Positions 39,180 through 49,353 of a DNA stretch of 64,000 bases are shown piece by piece. The DNA is from Longimicrobiales bacterium (GTDB lineage Bacteria; Gemmatimonadota; Gemmatimonadetes; Longimicrobiales; Gaopeijiaceae). Made by a program: the position numbers and the translations under genes. The stretch spans positions 2,176,001 through 2,240,000 of the forward strand of contig OZ250165.1 of NCBI GenBank assembly GCA_965238005.1, given 5' to 3'. Every line of letters starts with the position of its first letter. Position 1 is the first letter of the stretch. The notes below the pieces were generated by a model. The model saw only the letters and a list, made by a program, of their open reading frames with translations, did not search any database and was not told the origin of the DNA.

Positions 39180-39620
39180 TCATCTCTCGAGGACGAGCGT
39201 GACTGGCCCGTCGTTCACAAGGGACACGTCCATCATGGCGCCGAACTCGCCGGTCGCCACGCGTCCGGGCAGCCGGGCTTCCAGGATCTCGACGAATCTC
39301 TCGTAAAGCGGAATCGCGATCTCCGGCGGCGCCGCGTGGACGAAGCTGGGACGACGTGCCTTCCTGGTGTCGCCGTAGAGGGTGAACTGGCTCACCACCA
39401 GAAGGGAGCCACCCACGTCTTCCAGGTCGCGGTTCATCTTGCCCTCGTGGTCGTTGAACACCCGGAGCCCGACCACCTTGTCGGCCATCCACTGCACTAC
39501 TTCCGTCGAGTCACCCTCGGTGAATCCGACCAGGAGGAGATGCCCGATACCGATCTCGCCCACGACCCTTCCGTCCACAACCACCTGGGCTTCGCCCACC
39601 CGCTGCAACACCACTCTCAT
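39180..39620 (-). CDS. dtd: D-aminoacyl-tRNA deacylase
   Basis: [19 protein letters not shown]. Confidence 0.96.
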   Translation of the reverse strand: MRVVLQRVGEAQVVVDGRVVGEIGIGHLLLVGFTEGDSTEVVQWMADKVVGLRVFNDHEGKMNRDLEDVGGSLLVVSQFTLYGDTRKARRPSFVHAAPPEIAIPLYERFVEILEARLPGRVATGEFGAMMDVSLVNDGPVTLVLER

Positions 39621-39708
39621 GGGCGTGCGGTCACCTTTGGGGTCGACGCCATTCTCGAGGATGTCACCGGTGCCTCAGAGCGTCCACAGTCACAACCTGG
39701 GCCGGGAG

Positions 39709-41547
39709 TCACTCCACCGTGACGGACTTCGCCAGGTTCCGCGGCTGATCGACGTCGCAGTCGCGTTGGATGGCCGCGTGATAGGCCAGAAGCTGGAGGG
39801 GGATCGTGGTGAGCACGGGCAATAGGGACGGGACGGTCTGCGGGACCTGGATGAGGTGATCCACCTTGCCGATCAGCTCCGGAGCCTCGTCGCTCACAAC
39901 CGCGATGATCCGGCCGTTCCGCGCGCTCACCTCTTCGATGTTCGAGACCACCTTGCCGTACACCGCGTCTCTGGGAGCCAGGACCACCACCGGCATGTTC
40001 TCGTCGATGAGTGCGATGGGCCCGTGCTTCATCTCCGCCGCCGGATAGCCCTCGGCGTGGATGTAGCTCACCTCCTTGAGCTTGAGCGCCCCCTCCAGGG
40101 CCGCGGGGAATTGGTACCCCCGTCCCAGGTAGAGGAAGTTCTGGGCATGGGAGTAATCCGCCGCCAACTCCCTGATGAGGGGCTCCAGCTCCAGAGTCTC
40201 GGTCACCTGCTCCGGCAACCGCTGAAGGGCGGTCACCATCTCCCGACCCTGTACATTGGAGAGGTTCCGCCGGCGACCCAGGTAGAGCGTGAACAGCGCC
40301 AGGGCCACGATCTGGCTGGTGAACGCCTTGGTGGAGGCGACCCCGATCTCCGGGCCGGCGTGAAGGTAGATGCCGAAGTCGGTCTCACGGGCGATGGTGG
40401 AGCCGACCACGTTCACGATCCCCATGGTGGGCGCGCCCCTGCCCCGCGCCTCCCTGAGCGCGGCCAGCGTGTCGGCGGTCTCGCCGGACTGGCTGATGGC
40501 CAGGACGAGCGTCCCGGGCTCGATGACCGGGCTCCGGTAGCGGAACTCGGAAGCGTACTCCACCTCCACAGGGACCCCGGCCAGCTCCTCCAGCATGTAC
40601 TCGCCGATGAGGGCCGCATGCCAGCTCGTTCCGCAAGCCGTGATCACGATGCGTTTGACCCGAGAGATTTCCTCGTCCGTGAGCGTGATCCCGCCCAGCC
40701 GCGCGTCTCCCTCCTCTTCGAGGAGGCGGCCCCGCATGACGTCGCACACGCTCGTGGGCTGCTCGTAGATCTCCTTCAGCATGAAGTGATCGTACCCACC
40801 CTTTTCGACGGCTTCCAGATCCCATTCGACGCGGTGGATGGAGCGTCGGACCTCACCGAGCTCAAGGTGGAAGACGCGGTATCCGTCGCTCGTCAGCACG
40901 GCACAGTCACCGTCATCCAGATAGACGACATCCTTGGTGTGTTGGATCACCGCCGACGCGTCGGAGCCCGCCAGGTTCTCGCCGTTCTTGCCGATGCCCA
41001 CGAGAAGGGGACTGCCGTTCCGCGCGACCACGATCTTTCCCGGATCCCGACTGCTGATGACCGCGATTCCGTAGGCCCCCTCGACCTGATGGAGGGCGGC
41101 CACGACGGCGTCCTCCAGGGTCGGGTTCTCACGAAACGCCTCACCGATGAGATGCACCACGGCCTCGGAGTCGGTGTCGGTCTCGAACTCGTACCCCAGG
41201 TCGGTGAGCTTCCGGCGCAGGAGGTCTGCGTTCTCGACGATCCCGTTATGGACCATGGCGATGTCGCCAGCATGGCTCCAGTGGGGATGGGCGTTTTGTC
41301 GGTTGGGGGGGCCGTGGGTGGCCCAACGGGTGTGGGCGATGCCACAGGTTCCCGGCGGCATCTCAACCTCCAGGATACGCTCGAGCTCCCTGAGCTTCCC
41401 GGCCCGCTTCACCGTGCGCAGGCACCCGTCGGCTCCCAGGACCGCAAGGCCCGCCGAATCGTACCCGCGATACTCGAGGCGGCGCAGGCCCTCCACGAGG
41501 ATCGGCCCCGCTTCCTTGGAGCCCACGTATCCGACGATTCCGCACAT
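39709..41547 (-). CDS. glmS: Glutamine--fructose-6-phosphate transaminase
   Basis: MCGIVG, HTRWATHG, SQSGET, PRNLAKSVTVE. Confidence 0.98.
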   Translation of the reverse strand: MCGIVGYVGSKEAGPILVEGLRRLEYRGYDSAGLAVLGADGCLRTVKRAGKLRELERILEVEMPPGTCGIAHTRWATHGPPNRQNAHPHWSHAGDIAMVHNGIVENADLLRRKLTDLGYEFETDTDSEAVVHLIGEAFRENPTLEDAVVAALHQVEGAYGIAVISSRDPGKIVVARNGSPLLVGIGKNGENLAGSDASAVIQHTKDVVYLDDGDCAVLTSDGYRVFHLELGEVRRSIHRVEWDLEAVEKGGYDHFMLKEIYEQPTSVCDVMRGRLLEEEGDARLGGITLTDEEISRVKRIVITACGTSWHAALIGEYMLEELAGVPVEVEYASEFRYRSPVIEPGTLVLAISQSGETADTLAALREARGRGAPTMGIVNVVGSTIARETDFGIYLHAGPEIGVASTKAFTSQIVALALFTLYLGRRRNLSNVQGREMVTALQRLPEQVTETLELEPLIRELAADYSHAQNFLYLGRGYQFPAALEGALKLKEVSYIHAEGYPAAEMKHGPIALIDENMPVVVLAPRDAVYGKVVSNIEEVSARNGRIIAVVSDEAPELIGKVDHLIQVPQTVPSLLPVLTTIPLQLLAYHAAIQRDCDVDQPRNLAKSVTVE

Positions 41548-41590
41548 GTCCGGCTTCCTTAGCAGCCTGCTGGAGATATGGAACGGACCA

Positions 41591-42976
41591 CTAGATCACT
41601 CCCTCGAGAACTCGTGCCGCACGCTCGATCAGCTCCTCCGCGCTACTGCGGTCTGGCGCCTCCGCGATGAGTCGCACCACCGGCTCGGTTCCCGACGGCC
41701 GAACGTGCAGCCATGATCGGCGTCCGGACCAGTTCAGCCGAAGGCCGTCGGATCGGTCGGCCCCGTCGCCGTCCAGATCCTCCTCCAGGGCACCATATGC
41801 GTCGGCAAGAGACTCCCGGGGGAAGCTGACCTTCCTCTTGATGATGGCGTACGAGGGCCACCGGCCGGCAGCCTCCGAGAGTGAGGAGCCTTCGTCTACC
41901 AGATGTTGCAAGATAAGTGCCGCGGCCACGGCCGCATCCCGGGTGTGGTGAAGCTCGGGGAGAATGACGCCCCCATTGCCTTCCCCCCCTACGACGGCTC
42001 CCTCGGCCTGTATGCGGCGAACCACGTTGATCTCGCCCACGGGAGCCCGAACGACGGTGCTCTGGTGGGCGCCCGCGACGTCGTCCACGGCCTGGCTGGT
42101 GGAGAGGTTCGTGACGACGGTTCCGGGTGTTCGGCGCAGGACGGCGGCTGCGGCAAGGGCCAGGGTCAGATCTTCACCCAGCGCCTCTCCCCTCTCGTTC
42201 ACGAGTGAGAGCCGGTCTACATCCGGATCCACGGCCATGCCGAGATCCGCGCTCTCACTGCGAACGAGGTCGCCCAACTCCTCGAGGTTTTCCGCCGTGG
42301 GCTCCGGATCTCTCGGAAAATGGCCATCCATCTCGGCGTTGATCGCCACGACCCGACAGCCGAGAGCCTCGAGCAGAGGGGGCATGAGCGTCGCTCCCGC
42401 GCCGCGGACGCCGTCGAGCGCCACCGTGAGGTTCCGGCTGCGGATGGCGTCCACGTCGAGCTGTGGCAGCGCCAAGACGGCTCGGAGATGACGCTCGGAA
42501 GCGCCGCCGTCTTCTCGCAGCGCACCGAGCTCGTCCCATTTCGCCCTGGGAATCTCCTCCCCCAGAGCGAAGTCGAGGAACGCCCCCATGGTCTCCGCGT
42601 CGAGGAAGGTGCCCTCTGGGGCGGCGAACTTCAGCGCGTTCCACTCGGCGGGGTTGTGGCTGGCCGTGACCTCGATGCCTCCGGCGGCGTCCCCCTTCCC
42701 GACCTCCAGCATGAGCGTCGGCGTTGCCACGATTCCGAGGTCCACCACGTCACAGCCCACTGAGACCAGGCCCGAAGCCGCCGCACTGGCCAGCATGCCT
42801 CCGGACGTCCGAGTGTCACGCCCGATGAGGACCGCGCCCTCGTCACCCGACCTGTCGAGGAATGCTCCAAACGCGGCGGCGAGGGCGCAGGCGAGGTCCG
42901 GCGTCAACGGATCGCCGACCCGCCCGCGAAACCCGGAGACGCTCACCACCAGCCCATCTGGAATCGTCAGGGGCAT
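41591..42976 (-). CDS. glmM: Phosphoglucosamine mutase / phosphohexomutase
   Basis: TASHNP, DPDVDR, GGEGNGG, RPSGTEP; adjacent to glmS. Confidence 0.85.
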   Translation of the reverse strand: MPLTIPDGLVVSVSGFRGRVGDPLTPDLACALAAAFGAFLDRSGDEGAVLIGRDTRTSGGMLASAAASGLVSVGCDVVDLGIVATPTLMLEVGKGDAAGGIEVTASHNPAEWNALKFAAPEGTFLDAETMGAFLDFALGEEIPRAKWDELGALREDGGASERHLRAVLALPQLDVDAIRSRNLTVALDGVRGAGATLMPPLLEALGCRVVAINAEMDGHFPRDPEPTAENLEELGDLVRSESADLGMAVDPDVDRLSLVNERGEALGEDLTLALAAAAVLRRTPGTVVTNLSTSQAVDDVAGAHQSTVVRAPVGEINVVRRIQAEGAVVGGEGNGGVILPELHHTRDAAVAAALILQHLVDEGSSLSEAAGRWPSYAIIKRKVSFPRESLADAYGALEEDLDGDGADRSDGLRLNWSGRRSWLHVRPSGTEPVVRLIAEAPDRSSAEELIERAARVLEGVI

Positions 42977-43261
42977 GAGCCACCTAGCGTAGATGCCGAA
43001 GACGTAGAGCCTGGCCTAGCGACGGCGAATCACCCTCTCCAGACCTTTCGGTGGGAAGGACCGCCCGGCGACCAGGCAAATCGTACCGCACTTAGACTAT
43101 CGAGATTTCCATGAGGACCGTCAACGATGGGTGGTGGCACAGCCGACATGGGGTCGGGTACATTCCGGCCATTCTCGGGTGCCCCTCGCGCCGGCTCCAG
43201 TTCGGCCTCGCATGGGACGCCCGACATCGGCTCATCTGAGAGCACCGATCACGAGGAGTGA

Positions 43262-44422
43262 ATGACGAGGACGTCGTGGGACGGAGCCCGCTTCGGGACG
43301 CTCGCCGTCCATGCCGGACAGGAGCCCGAGCCCGAAACCGGAGCCATCATGCCTCCGATCTTTCAGACTTCGACGTACGTCCAGCCCGATGTCGCCGAGC
43401 CCAAGAAGGGGTACGACTACGCCCGGGTCAAGAACCCCACCCGGGAGGCCCTCGAAGGAAACGTGGCCGCTCTGGAGGGGGGGAAGCACGGCGTAGCGTT
43501 CGCCAGTGGACTCGCCGCCATCGAGGCCGTGGTCAAGCGCCTGTCGGCCGGGGATCACATCGTCAGCGAGGAGAACACCTACGGGGGAGTGACGCGCATG
43601 TTCACCCGCGTCCTCGAGAAGCTGGGTCTGGAGTTCTCCTTCGTGGACACCCGTGACCCCAACCGCATACAGGAGGCCATGGGGCCGAACACCCGGCTCG
43701 TGCACGTGGAGACGCCCACCAACCCGCTCATGCGCATCTGCGACATCCAGGTCGCAGCCGACATCGCCCATGACGGCGGTGCGCTCCTCATGGTGGACAA
43801 CACCTTCGCATCGCCTTTCAACCAGCGTCCCCTCGAGCTGGGTGCCGACGTCACGGTTCACTCGTCCACGAAGTACCTGAACGGCCACTCGGACATCATC
43901 GGTGGGATCCTGGTGGTGAACGACGACGAGCTCGCGGAGGAGATCCACTTTGTAAGGAAATCGTCGGGCGCCGTCCCCGGGCCCATGGATGCCTGGCTGT
44001 GCCTCAGGGGCACGAAGACGCTCCACGTCCGCATGGCACGGCACAACGAGAACGGGTTGGCGGTGGCGCGCCACCTCGAGGAACACCCCGCGGTGAGCCG
44101 TGTCATCTACCCGGGTCTGGACTCCCATCCACAAAACGAGCTCGCCCGCCGGCAGATGTCGGGCTTCACGGGGATGGTAGCCCTGGACCTGGGCGATCCC
44201 GATCAAGCCCGGGCACTGGCCACTCGAACTCGAGTGTTCCAGCTCGCCGAGAGCCTCGGGGGCGTGGAGTCCCTCGTGAGCATTCCGGCGCTGCAGACTC
44301 ACGCCTCGGTGCCGAGGGATCTCCGGGAAGCCATGGGAGTGACGGAAGGGCTGGTACGGCTCTCGGTGGGCATCGAAGATCTGGAGGATCTGCTGGAAGA
44401 TCTTGATCAGGCGCTGGCCTGA
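43262..44422 (+). CDS. Cystathionine gamma-lyase/synthase family PLP enzyme
   Basis: PIFQTSTY, NPTR, ETPTNP, HSSTKYLNGHSD, AESLGGVESL. Confidence 0.92.
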   Translation: MTRTSWDGARFGTLAVHAGQEPEPETGAIMPPIFQTSTYVQPDVAEPKKGYDYARVKNPTREALEGNVAALEGGKHGVAFASGLAAIEAVVKRLSAGDHIVSEENTYGGVTRMFTRVLEKLGLEFSFVDTRDPNRIQEAMGPNTRLVHVETPTNPLMRICDIQVAADIAHDGGALLMVDNTFASPFNQRPLELGADVTVHSSTKYLNGHSDIIGGILVVNDDELAEEIHFVRKSSGAVPGPMDAWLCLRGTKTLHVRMARHNENGLAVARHLEEHPAVSRVIYPGLDSHPQNELARRQMSGFTGMVALDLGDPDQARALATRTRVFQLAESLGGVESLVSIPALQTHASVPRDLREAMGVTEGLVRLSVGIEDLEDLLEDLDQALA

Positions 44423-44507
44423 AACTTCTCCCGGGGAAGCCGCGTACAGCCGACAAGAGTGCGGCAGCCCCGGCCGTAGCCGCCAGGACACAAGGAGATA
44501 GACAGCC

Positions 44508-45527
44508 ATGGCTGATGAGAACGACCAAGACAACGGGAACGGCGAGAACGGCAGCGACGAGCAGGACGCACGTGCGCGGCGCATCCTGACCGACATCGCG
44601 CCCCGAGCCTGGGAGCACCCGGCGGACCGGGCGGCCTTGGCGGCCCTCCGGAAGATCCCCGTCTTCGACGACATACTCCGGAAGCTGTTCGGGTTCTTCG
44701 GGGAGAAGCCCATTCGCCTGGCGTTCCTGGCGAACTCGGTACGGATCTCCGACCGGCAGTTCCCGAGGGTCAAGCTCCTGTACGAGGACGTTCTCCAGAC
44801 CCTGGACGCCCCCGATGACTATCCCCTCTTCGTCTCCCAAACGCCCATCGTGAACGCCGGCGCGTACGGGATGGACGAGCCTTTCATCATCCTGAACTCC
44901 GGGACCGTCAAGCTCCTGGACGACGAGCAGCTGTCGTACGTCATGGGCCACGAGCTGGGCCACATCATGAGCGACCACGTCCTCTACCGGACGATGACGG
45001 TGCTCCTGATCCAGCTCGCCGGGATGGGCTTCCCCATCGTCGGTCTGGCCGCACGGGCCATCCTAGTGGCGCTCCTGGAGTGGTCGCGGAAGAGCGAGCT
45101 CTCCAGTGACCGGGCCGGTCTCCTGTCCGTACAGAACCCCCAGGGAGTGATGAACACCATGCTCAAGATGGCGGGCGGCGGTGATGATGACGAGATGAAT
45201 CTCGACGAGTTCATCATCCAGGCCGAGGAGTACCGGGAGTCGGGCGACGTGGCCGACCAGGTGTTCAAGGTGCTGAACCTGATGGGCCAGAGCCATCCCT
45301 TCTACGTGCTGCGCGTCGCCGAGATTCGCTCGTGGATCGAAGAGGGCGAGTACGACCGCATCCTCCGGGGCGAGTACCAGCATCGCGGTGAGCCGGACCC
45401 GGCCTACAACGAGGATCTCCGGGATGCCGCCCAGGCGTATGCGCAGGGCGCCAAGGATCTCTTCGGTCAGGTGGCGGGGGCCGCCAAACGCATGGCCGAC
45501 GACATCATGGGAGCGGCCAAGCGGTAA
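44508..45527 (+). CDS. M48-family metallopeptidase
   Basis: GHELGH, ELSSDRAG, SHP. Confidence 0.88.
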   Translation: MADENDQDNGNGENGSDEQDARARRILTDIAPRAWEHPADRAALAALRKIPVFDDILRKLFGFFGEKPIRLAFLANSVRISDRQFPRVKLLYEDVLQTLDAPDDYPLFVSQTPIVNAGAYGMDEPFIILNSGTVKLLDDEQLSYVMGHELGHIMSDHVLYRTMTVLLIQLAGMGFPIVGLAARAILVALLEWSRKSELSSDRAGLLSVQNPQGVMNTMLKMAGGGDDDEMNLDEFIIQAEEYRESGDVADQVFKVLNLMGQSHPFYVLRVAEIRSWIEEGEYDRILRGEYQHRGEPDPAYNEDLRDAAQAYAQGAKDLFGQVAGAAKRMADDIMGAAKR

Positions 45528-45624
45528 CGGATCACCACAGGCGAAGATCCCCCCGGGGACCTTCCGGAACGGGCGATCGGAGCACAGGTTGCCCGTTCTC
45601 CATTTCGCAGTAGACTAGCCTCCC

Positions 45625-46917
45625 ATGCGCATCCTAATCGTTGGCAACGGGGGTCGGGAGCACACCCTGGCCTGGAAGCTCCACCGGGACGCACCCGGCG
45701 CGACCCTCTTCGTCACACAGCCCAACGGGGGCATGGCCGGCTCGGTCGAGACCCTGGAGATCACTGCCGGAGAAGTGGAGGCCCTGGCGGGCTGGGCGCA
45801 GGCTCAGCGGATCGACCTGACCGTCATCGGACCGGAGGCACCGTTGGCCGCCGGTCTCGCGGATCGCCTCCATCGCAATGGCGTGCCGGTGTTCGGGCCG
45901 ACCAAGGCCGCAGCCCGCATCGAGTCGAGCAAGGCATACGCCAAGGAGCTCATGGAGCGGGCCGGCGTCCCCACGGCGGGCTTCGCTGCGTTCAGTGACC
46001 CGGGAGAGGCCGCGGACTACGTGAGGGAAGGAGGCGCCCCCGTGGTCGTGAAGGCCTCCGGCTTGGCCGCGGGAAAGGGTGCCGTCGTCTGCGAGACCGT
46101 CGACGACGCCCTCGAGACCCTCGAGCGCATGATGACGGACCGGGTCTTCGGCGAGGCGGGCCGGGAGGTGGTCGTCGAGGAGTTCATGTACGGGGAGGAG
46201 CTCTCGGTTTTCGCCCTGGCCGACGGTCGGGACGCCCTGCTGATGCTTCCGTCCCAAGACCACAAGCGGGTCGGCGAGGGGGACACGGGACCCAACACGG
46301 GGGGCATGGGTGCGTACGCCCCGGTGTCCCTGTCGACCCCCGAGCTCCTGTCCGACGTCCTGGACCGCATCATCCGGCCGACCCTGGCAGCCCTGGCGGA
46401 AGACGACTCCGAGTTCCGGGGACTGCTCTACGCCGGCCTCATGCTCACCGAAGGGGGCCCCCGCGTCGTGGAGTTCAACTGCCGCTTCGGAGACCCCGAG
46501 GCCCAGGTGGTGCTGCCGCTCCTCGAGTCTTCGCTCCTGGATCCCATGTTGGAGGTGGCCCGGGGAGGACGGCTGGGTGGTGCCGCCTTGGAGTGGAGCG
46601 GTGGGGCGGCCCTCACCACGGTCGTGGCCTCAGAGGGATATCCCGGCGACTACGGGAAGGGCCGATCCATCGAGATACCGGACCGACTGAATTCGGATCC
46701 CGACGTCCTTCTCTTCCACGCGGGCACCAGGCTGGGCTCGGACGGCCTCGAGACCTCCGGGGGACGGGTGATCGCCGCCACCGGCCTAGGCTCGACCCTC
46801 AGCCAGGCCGCCGCCAAGAGCCGGAAAGCGGCCGCGGCCATCGAGTTCGAGGGGAAGCAGTTCCGCACGGACATCGGGTGGAGGGAGTTCGCCCGATCCG
46901 AGCGAGAACGACCCTAG
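45625..46917 (+). CDS. purD: Phosphoribosylamine--glycine ligase
   Basis: GNGGREH, QDHKR, GPNTGGMG, EFNCRFGDPE. Confidence 0.97.
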   Translation: MRILIVGNGGREHTLAWKLHRDAPGATLFVTQPNGGMAGSVETLEITAGEVEALAGWAQAQRIDLTVIGPEAPLAAGLADRLHRNGVPVFGPTKAAARIESSKAYAKELMERAGVPTAGFAAFSDPGEAADYVREGGAPVVVKASGLAAGKGAVVCETVDDALETLERMMTDRVFGEAGREVVVEEFMYGEELSVFALADGRDALLMLPSQDHKRVGEGDTGPNTGGMGAYAPVSLSTPELLSDVLDRIIRPTLAALAEDDSEFRGLLYAGLMLTEGGPRVVEFNCRFGDPEAQVVLPLLESSLLDPMLEVARGGRLGGAALEWSGGAALTTVVASEGYPGDYGKGRSIEIPDRLNSDPDVLLFHAGTRLGSDGLETSGGRVIAATGLGSTLSQAAAKSRKAAAAIEFEGKQFRTDIGWREFARSERERP

Positions 46918-46936
46918 GCTCCCGGACGTCCATCTC

Positions 46937-47770
46937 ATGCCGGAGCTCCCAGAGGTCGAGACCATCGTCCGCGGACTGCGGCCGAACCTTGTGGACCGTT
47001 CGGTCCGTCGCGTCCGCGTCCTGCGACCCGATGTCCTGCGCCAGCCTCCACGGAGCTTTTCTGCCGGACTGAGAGGAAGGATCGTGAAGTCCGTCTCGCG
47101 CCGCGGGAAGAACATCTTGGTCGGGTTCACGGGAGACGCCGTTCTCGTCGTGAACCTGGGCATGACAGGCCGCCTTCTCCTGGCCGGTCCCACCGCCCAG
47201 GCGACCCATCCGGCGGTTCGCTTCACACTGGACGAGGGACCGGCCCTCGTCTTCGACGACGTGCGCCGCTTCGGAGTCTTGGAGGTGCTTACGGCCGTCG
47301 ACTGGGGCCGCCGATCTGGAGACCTTGGGCCCGAGCCCCTTTCGGCCACCTATACTGCAGCTCGGCTCTACGCCGACCTCTGCCGATCGTCTTCACCAGT
47401 CCGATCGTGGCTGTTGGACCAGCGTCGAGTAGCGGGGGTAGGGAATATCTACGCCAACGAGGCTCTACACCTGGCCGGTATTCATCCACGGCGTCCCGCC
47501 AGGTCCGTGAGCGAGACCGAGGCCCGAGCCCTCCATCGCGCCATACGGAGGGTCCTACGCCAAGCGATTCGGAATCGCGGTACCACGCTTCGAGACTATA
47601 CGGACGCCTCGGGCGCGCCCGGCGAAAATGCCGTGGCGCTGCGGGTCTACGCCCGGTCCGGTGAGCCGTGCCTTCGCTGCTCTTCAGGGATTTGTCGATT
47701 GGTCTTCGGGAATCGCTCAGCCTTTTTCTGCCCGAGCTGTCAGCCGGAGACGGCGGGGCGCCGCGCGTGA
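46937..47770 (+). CDS. mutM: Formamidopyrimidine-DNA glycosylase
   Basis: MPELPEVE, RRGK, LGMTG, GVGNIYANE, C-terminal zinc finger. Confidence 0.96.
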   Translation: MPELPEVETIVRGLRPNLVDRSVRRVRVLRPDVLRQPPRSFSAGLRGRIVKSVSRRGKNILVGFTGDAVLVVNLGMTGRLLLAGPTAQATHPAVRFTLDEGPALVFDDVRRFGVLEVLTAVDWGRRSGDLGPEPLSATYTAARLYADLCRSSSPVRSWLLDQRRVAGVGNIYANEALHLAGIHPRRPARSVSETEARALHRAIRRVLRQAIRNRGTTLRDYTDASGAPGENAVALRVYARSGEPCLRCSSGICRLVFGNRSAFFCPSCQPETAGRRA

Positions 47771-49353
47771 GACGGTCCTGGTGGCGTAGCCCACCGTCGA
47801 GCCGGAGCTCGGCCCTGGGCGGCGCTCTCCACGGCCAGCCCGTGTCCCTCTGGTGGGTCCCGGCGCTCGTCTCCATGCTGGCGGGAGGCGTCACCTGGGG
47901 CGCGGACGAGACCCACGCTCAGATGGCGACCGGCGTCAACCTCCCCGTCGTCGAGCACGAGCTCGCCAACGGCATGCGCTTCCTGGTGCTGCCCCGCCGG
48001 GGGGCTCCCACGACCTCCTTCGTCGTGCAGTACCGCGTAGGAGGCGTGAACGAGGTCCCCGGCACGACCGGCATCGTCCATCTCCTGGAGCATCTCCTGT
48101 TCAAGGGCACCAGCACGCTGGGTACCCACGACGTGGAGGCGGAGCACGCCCTTTTCACCCGCATGGACGCCATTCAGGACTCCATTCACGCGATGGAGGC
48201 CGAAGGCGCCGCTCCTGCTGCGATCACACCCCTGCGCCAGCGGATCGACAGGCTCGAGTACGAGGCCGGGGTCTACGTGCTGCCGAACGAGTTCGACCGG
48301 GTTCTCTCGAGGAACGGCGCCCGAGGACTCAACGCCAGCACCGACGCCGAGTCCACGACCTACTTCGTGGAGCTGCCGTCGAACCGGGTGGAGCTCTGGT
48401 TCTTGCTGGAGTCGGACCGCATGAGGGATCCGATCTTCCGCGAGTTCTACACGGAGCGCGACGTGGTGGCCGAAGAGCGGCGGCTCCGGGTCGAGACCCA
48501 GCCCGGCGGCCTCCTTTACGAGATTCACATGGCCGAGTCCTTCACGGTGCATCCCTACGGTCAGCCAGTGGTGGGCTTCATGTCGGACATCCAGCGACTC
48601 GATCGCAGACGCGTGCGGGAGTATTACGAGCGTTACTATGGGCCGAACAACGCGGTCGTGGCCATCGTGGGGGACGTGGACCCGCTCCAGATGGTCGAGT
48701 GGGCCGAGCTGTATTTCGGAGACCTCCAGGCGGGGGATCCACCCCCTCCGGTCCTCGTCCGCGAGCCGGAACAAGAGGGCGAGCGGAGAGTGGAAGTCGT
48801 CTTCGACGCGGAGCCACAGGTGCGAATCGGGTGGCACGTGCCGGAGGAGCAACACCCTGGCGTGGCCGCCCTGTCGGTGCTGTCGACGTTGCTGACGGGC
48901 GGGCGGACCTCTCGCCTGTACCAGCGACTCGTCGTCCGCGACCGCCTGGCGACTCTAGTCACCTCGGTCATGGGCCCTGGGGCTCGCTTTCCCCGGCTGT
49001 TCACGGTTCACGCCACCACCCGCTTTCCACACACGACGAGTGAGATCGAAGAGGCCGTTTACGCGGAGCTCGATTCCCTGCGACATACGCCCCCCTCGGA
49101 ATCGGAGCTCCAGCGCATCCGAAACCAGATCGAGGTGGGGCAGGTCCGACGCCTCGTGTCTCACCTCGGTCTGGCGTTCCAGCTGGCCGGATCCACATCC
49201 TCCCATGGGGATTGGCGGACCACGTTCCGCTTCAGGCAGCGCCTCGCAGAGGTACGGCCCGAGGATGTCAGCCGGGCAGTGGAGACCTACTTCACCCCCG
49301 AGAATCGAACCGTGGTATCCCTGGTTCGGGCCGACTCGGTGTCGGGACGATGA
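47767..49353 (+). CDS. M16-family zinc peptidase (catalytic subunit)
   Basis: HLLEHLLFKG (HxxEH), NAST, ERDVVAEERR, YYGPNNA; start approximate. Confidence 0.88.
   Translation: MRRSWWRSPPSSRSSALGGALHGQPVSLWWVPALVSMLAGGVTWGADETHAQMATGVNLPVVEHELANGMRFLVLPRRGAPTTSFVVQYRVGGVNEVPGTTGIVHLLEHLLFKGTSTLGTHDVEAEHALFTRMDAIQDSIHAMEAEGAAPAAITPLRQRIDRLEYEAGVYVLPNEFDRVLSRNGARGLNASTDAESTTYFVELPSNRVELWFLLESDRMRDPIFREFYTERDVVAEERRLRVETQPGGLLYEIHMAESFTVHPYGQPVVGFMSDIQRLDRRRVREYYERYYGPNNAVVAIVGDVDPLQMVEWAELYFGDLQAGDPPPPVLVREPEQEGERRVEVVFDAEPQVRIGWHVPEEQHPGVAALSVLSTLLTGGRTSRLYQRLVVRDRLATLVTSVMGPGARFPRLFTVHATTRFPHTTSEIEEAVYAELDSLRHTPPSESELQRIRNQIEVGQVRRLVSHLGLAFQLAGSTSSHGDWRTTFRFRQRLAEVRPEDVSRAVETYFTPENRTVVSLVRADSVSGR

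Noticed and set aside
41548..41590. glmS ribozyme
   Set aside because: Gap is only 43 bp and lacks the conserved core
43200..43261. SAM riboswitch before the cystathionine lyase gene
   Set aside because: CTCATCTGAG resembles a P1 strand, but the rest of the SAM-I core is absent and there is no room before the start codon
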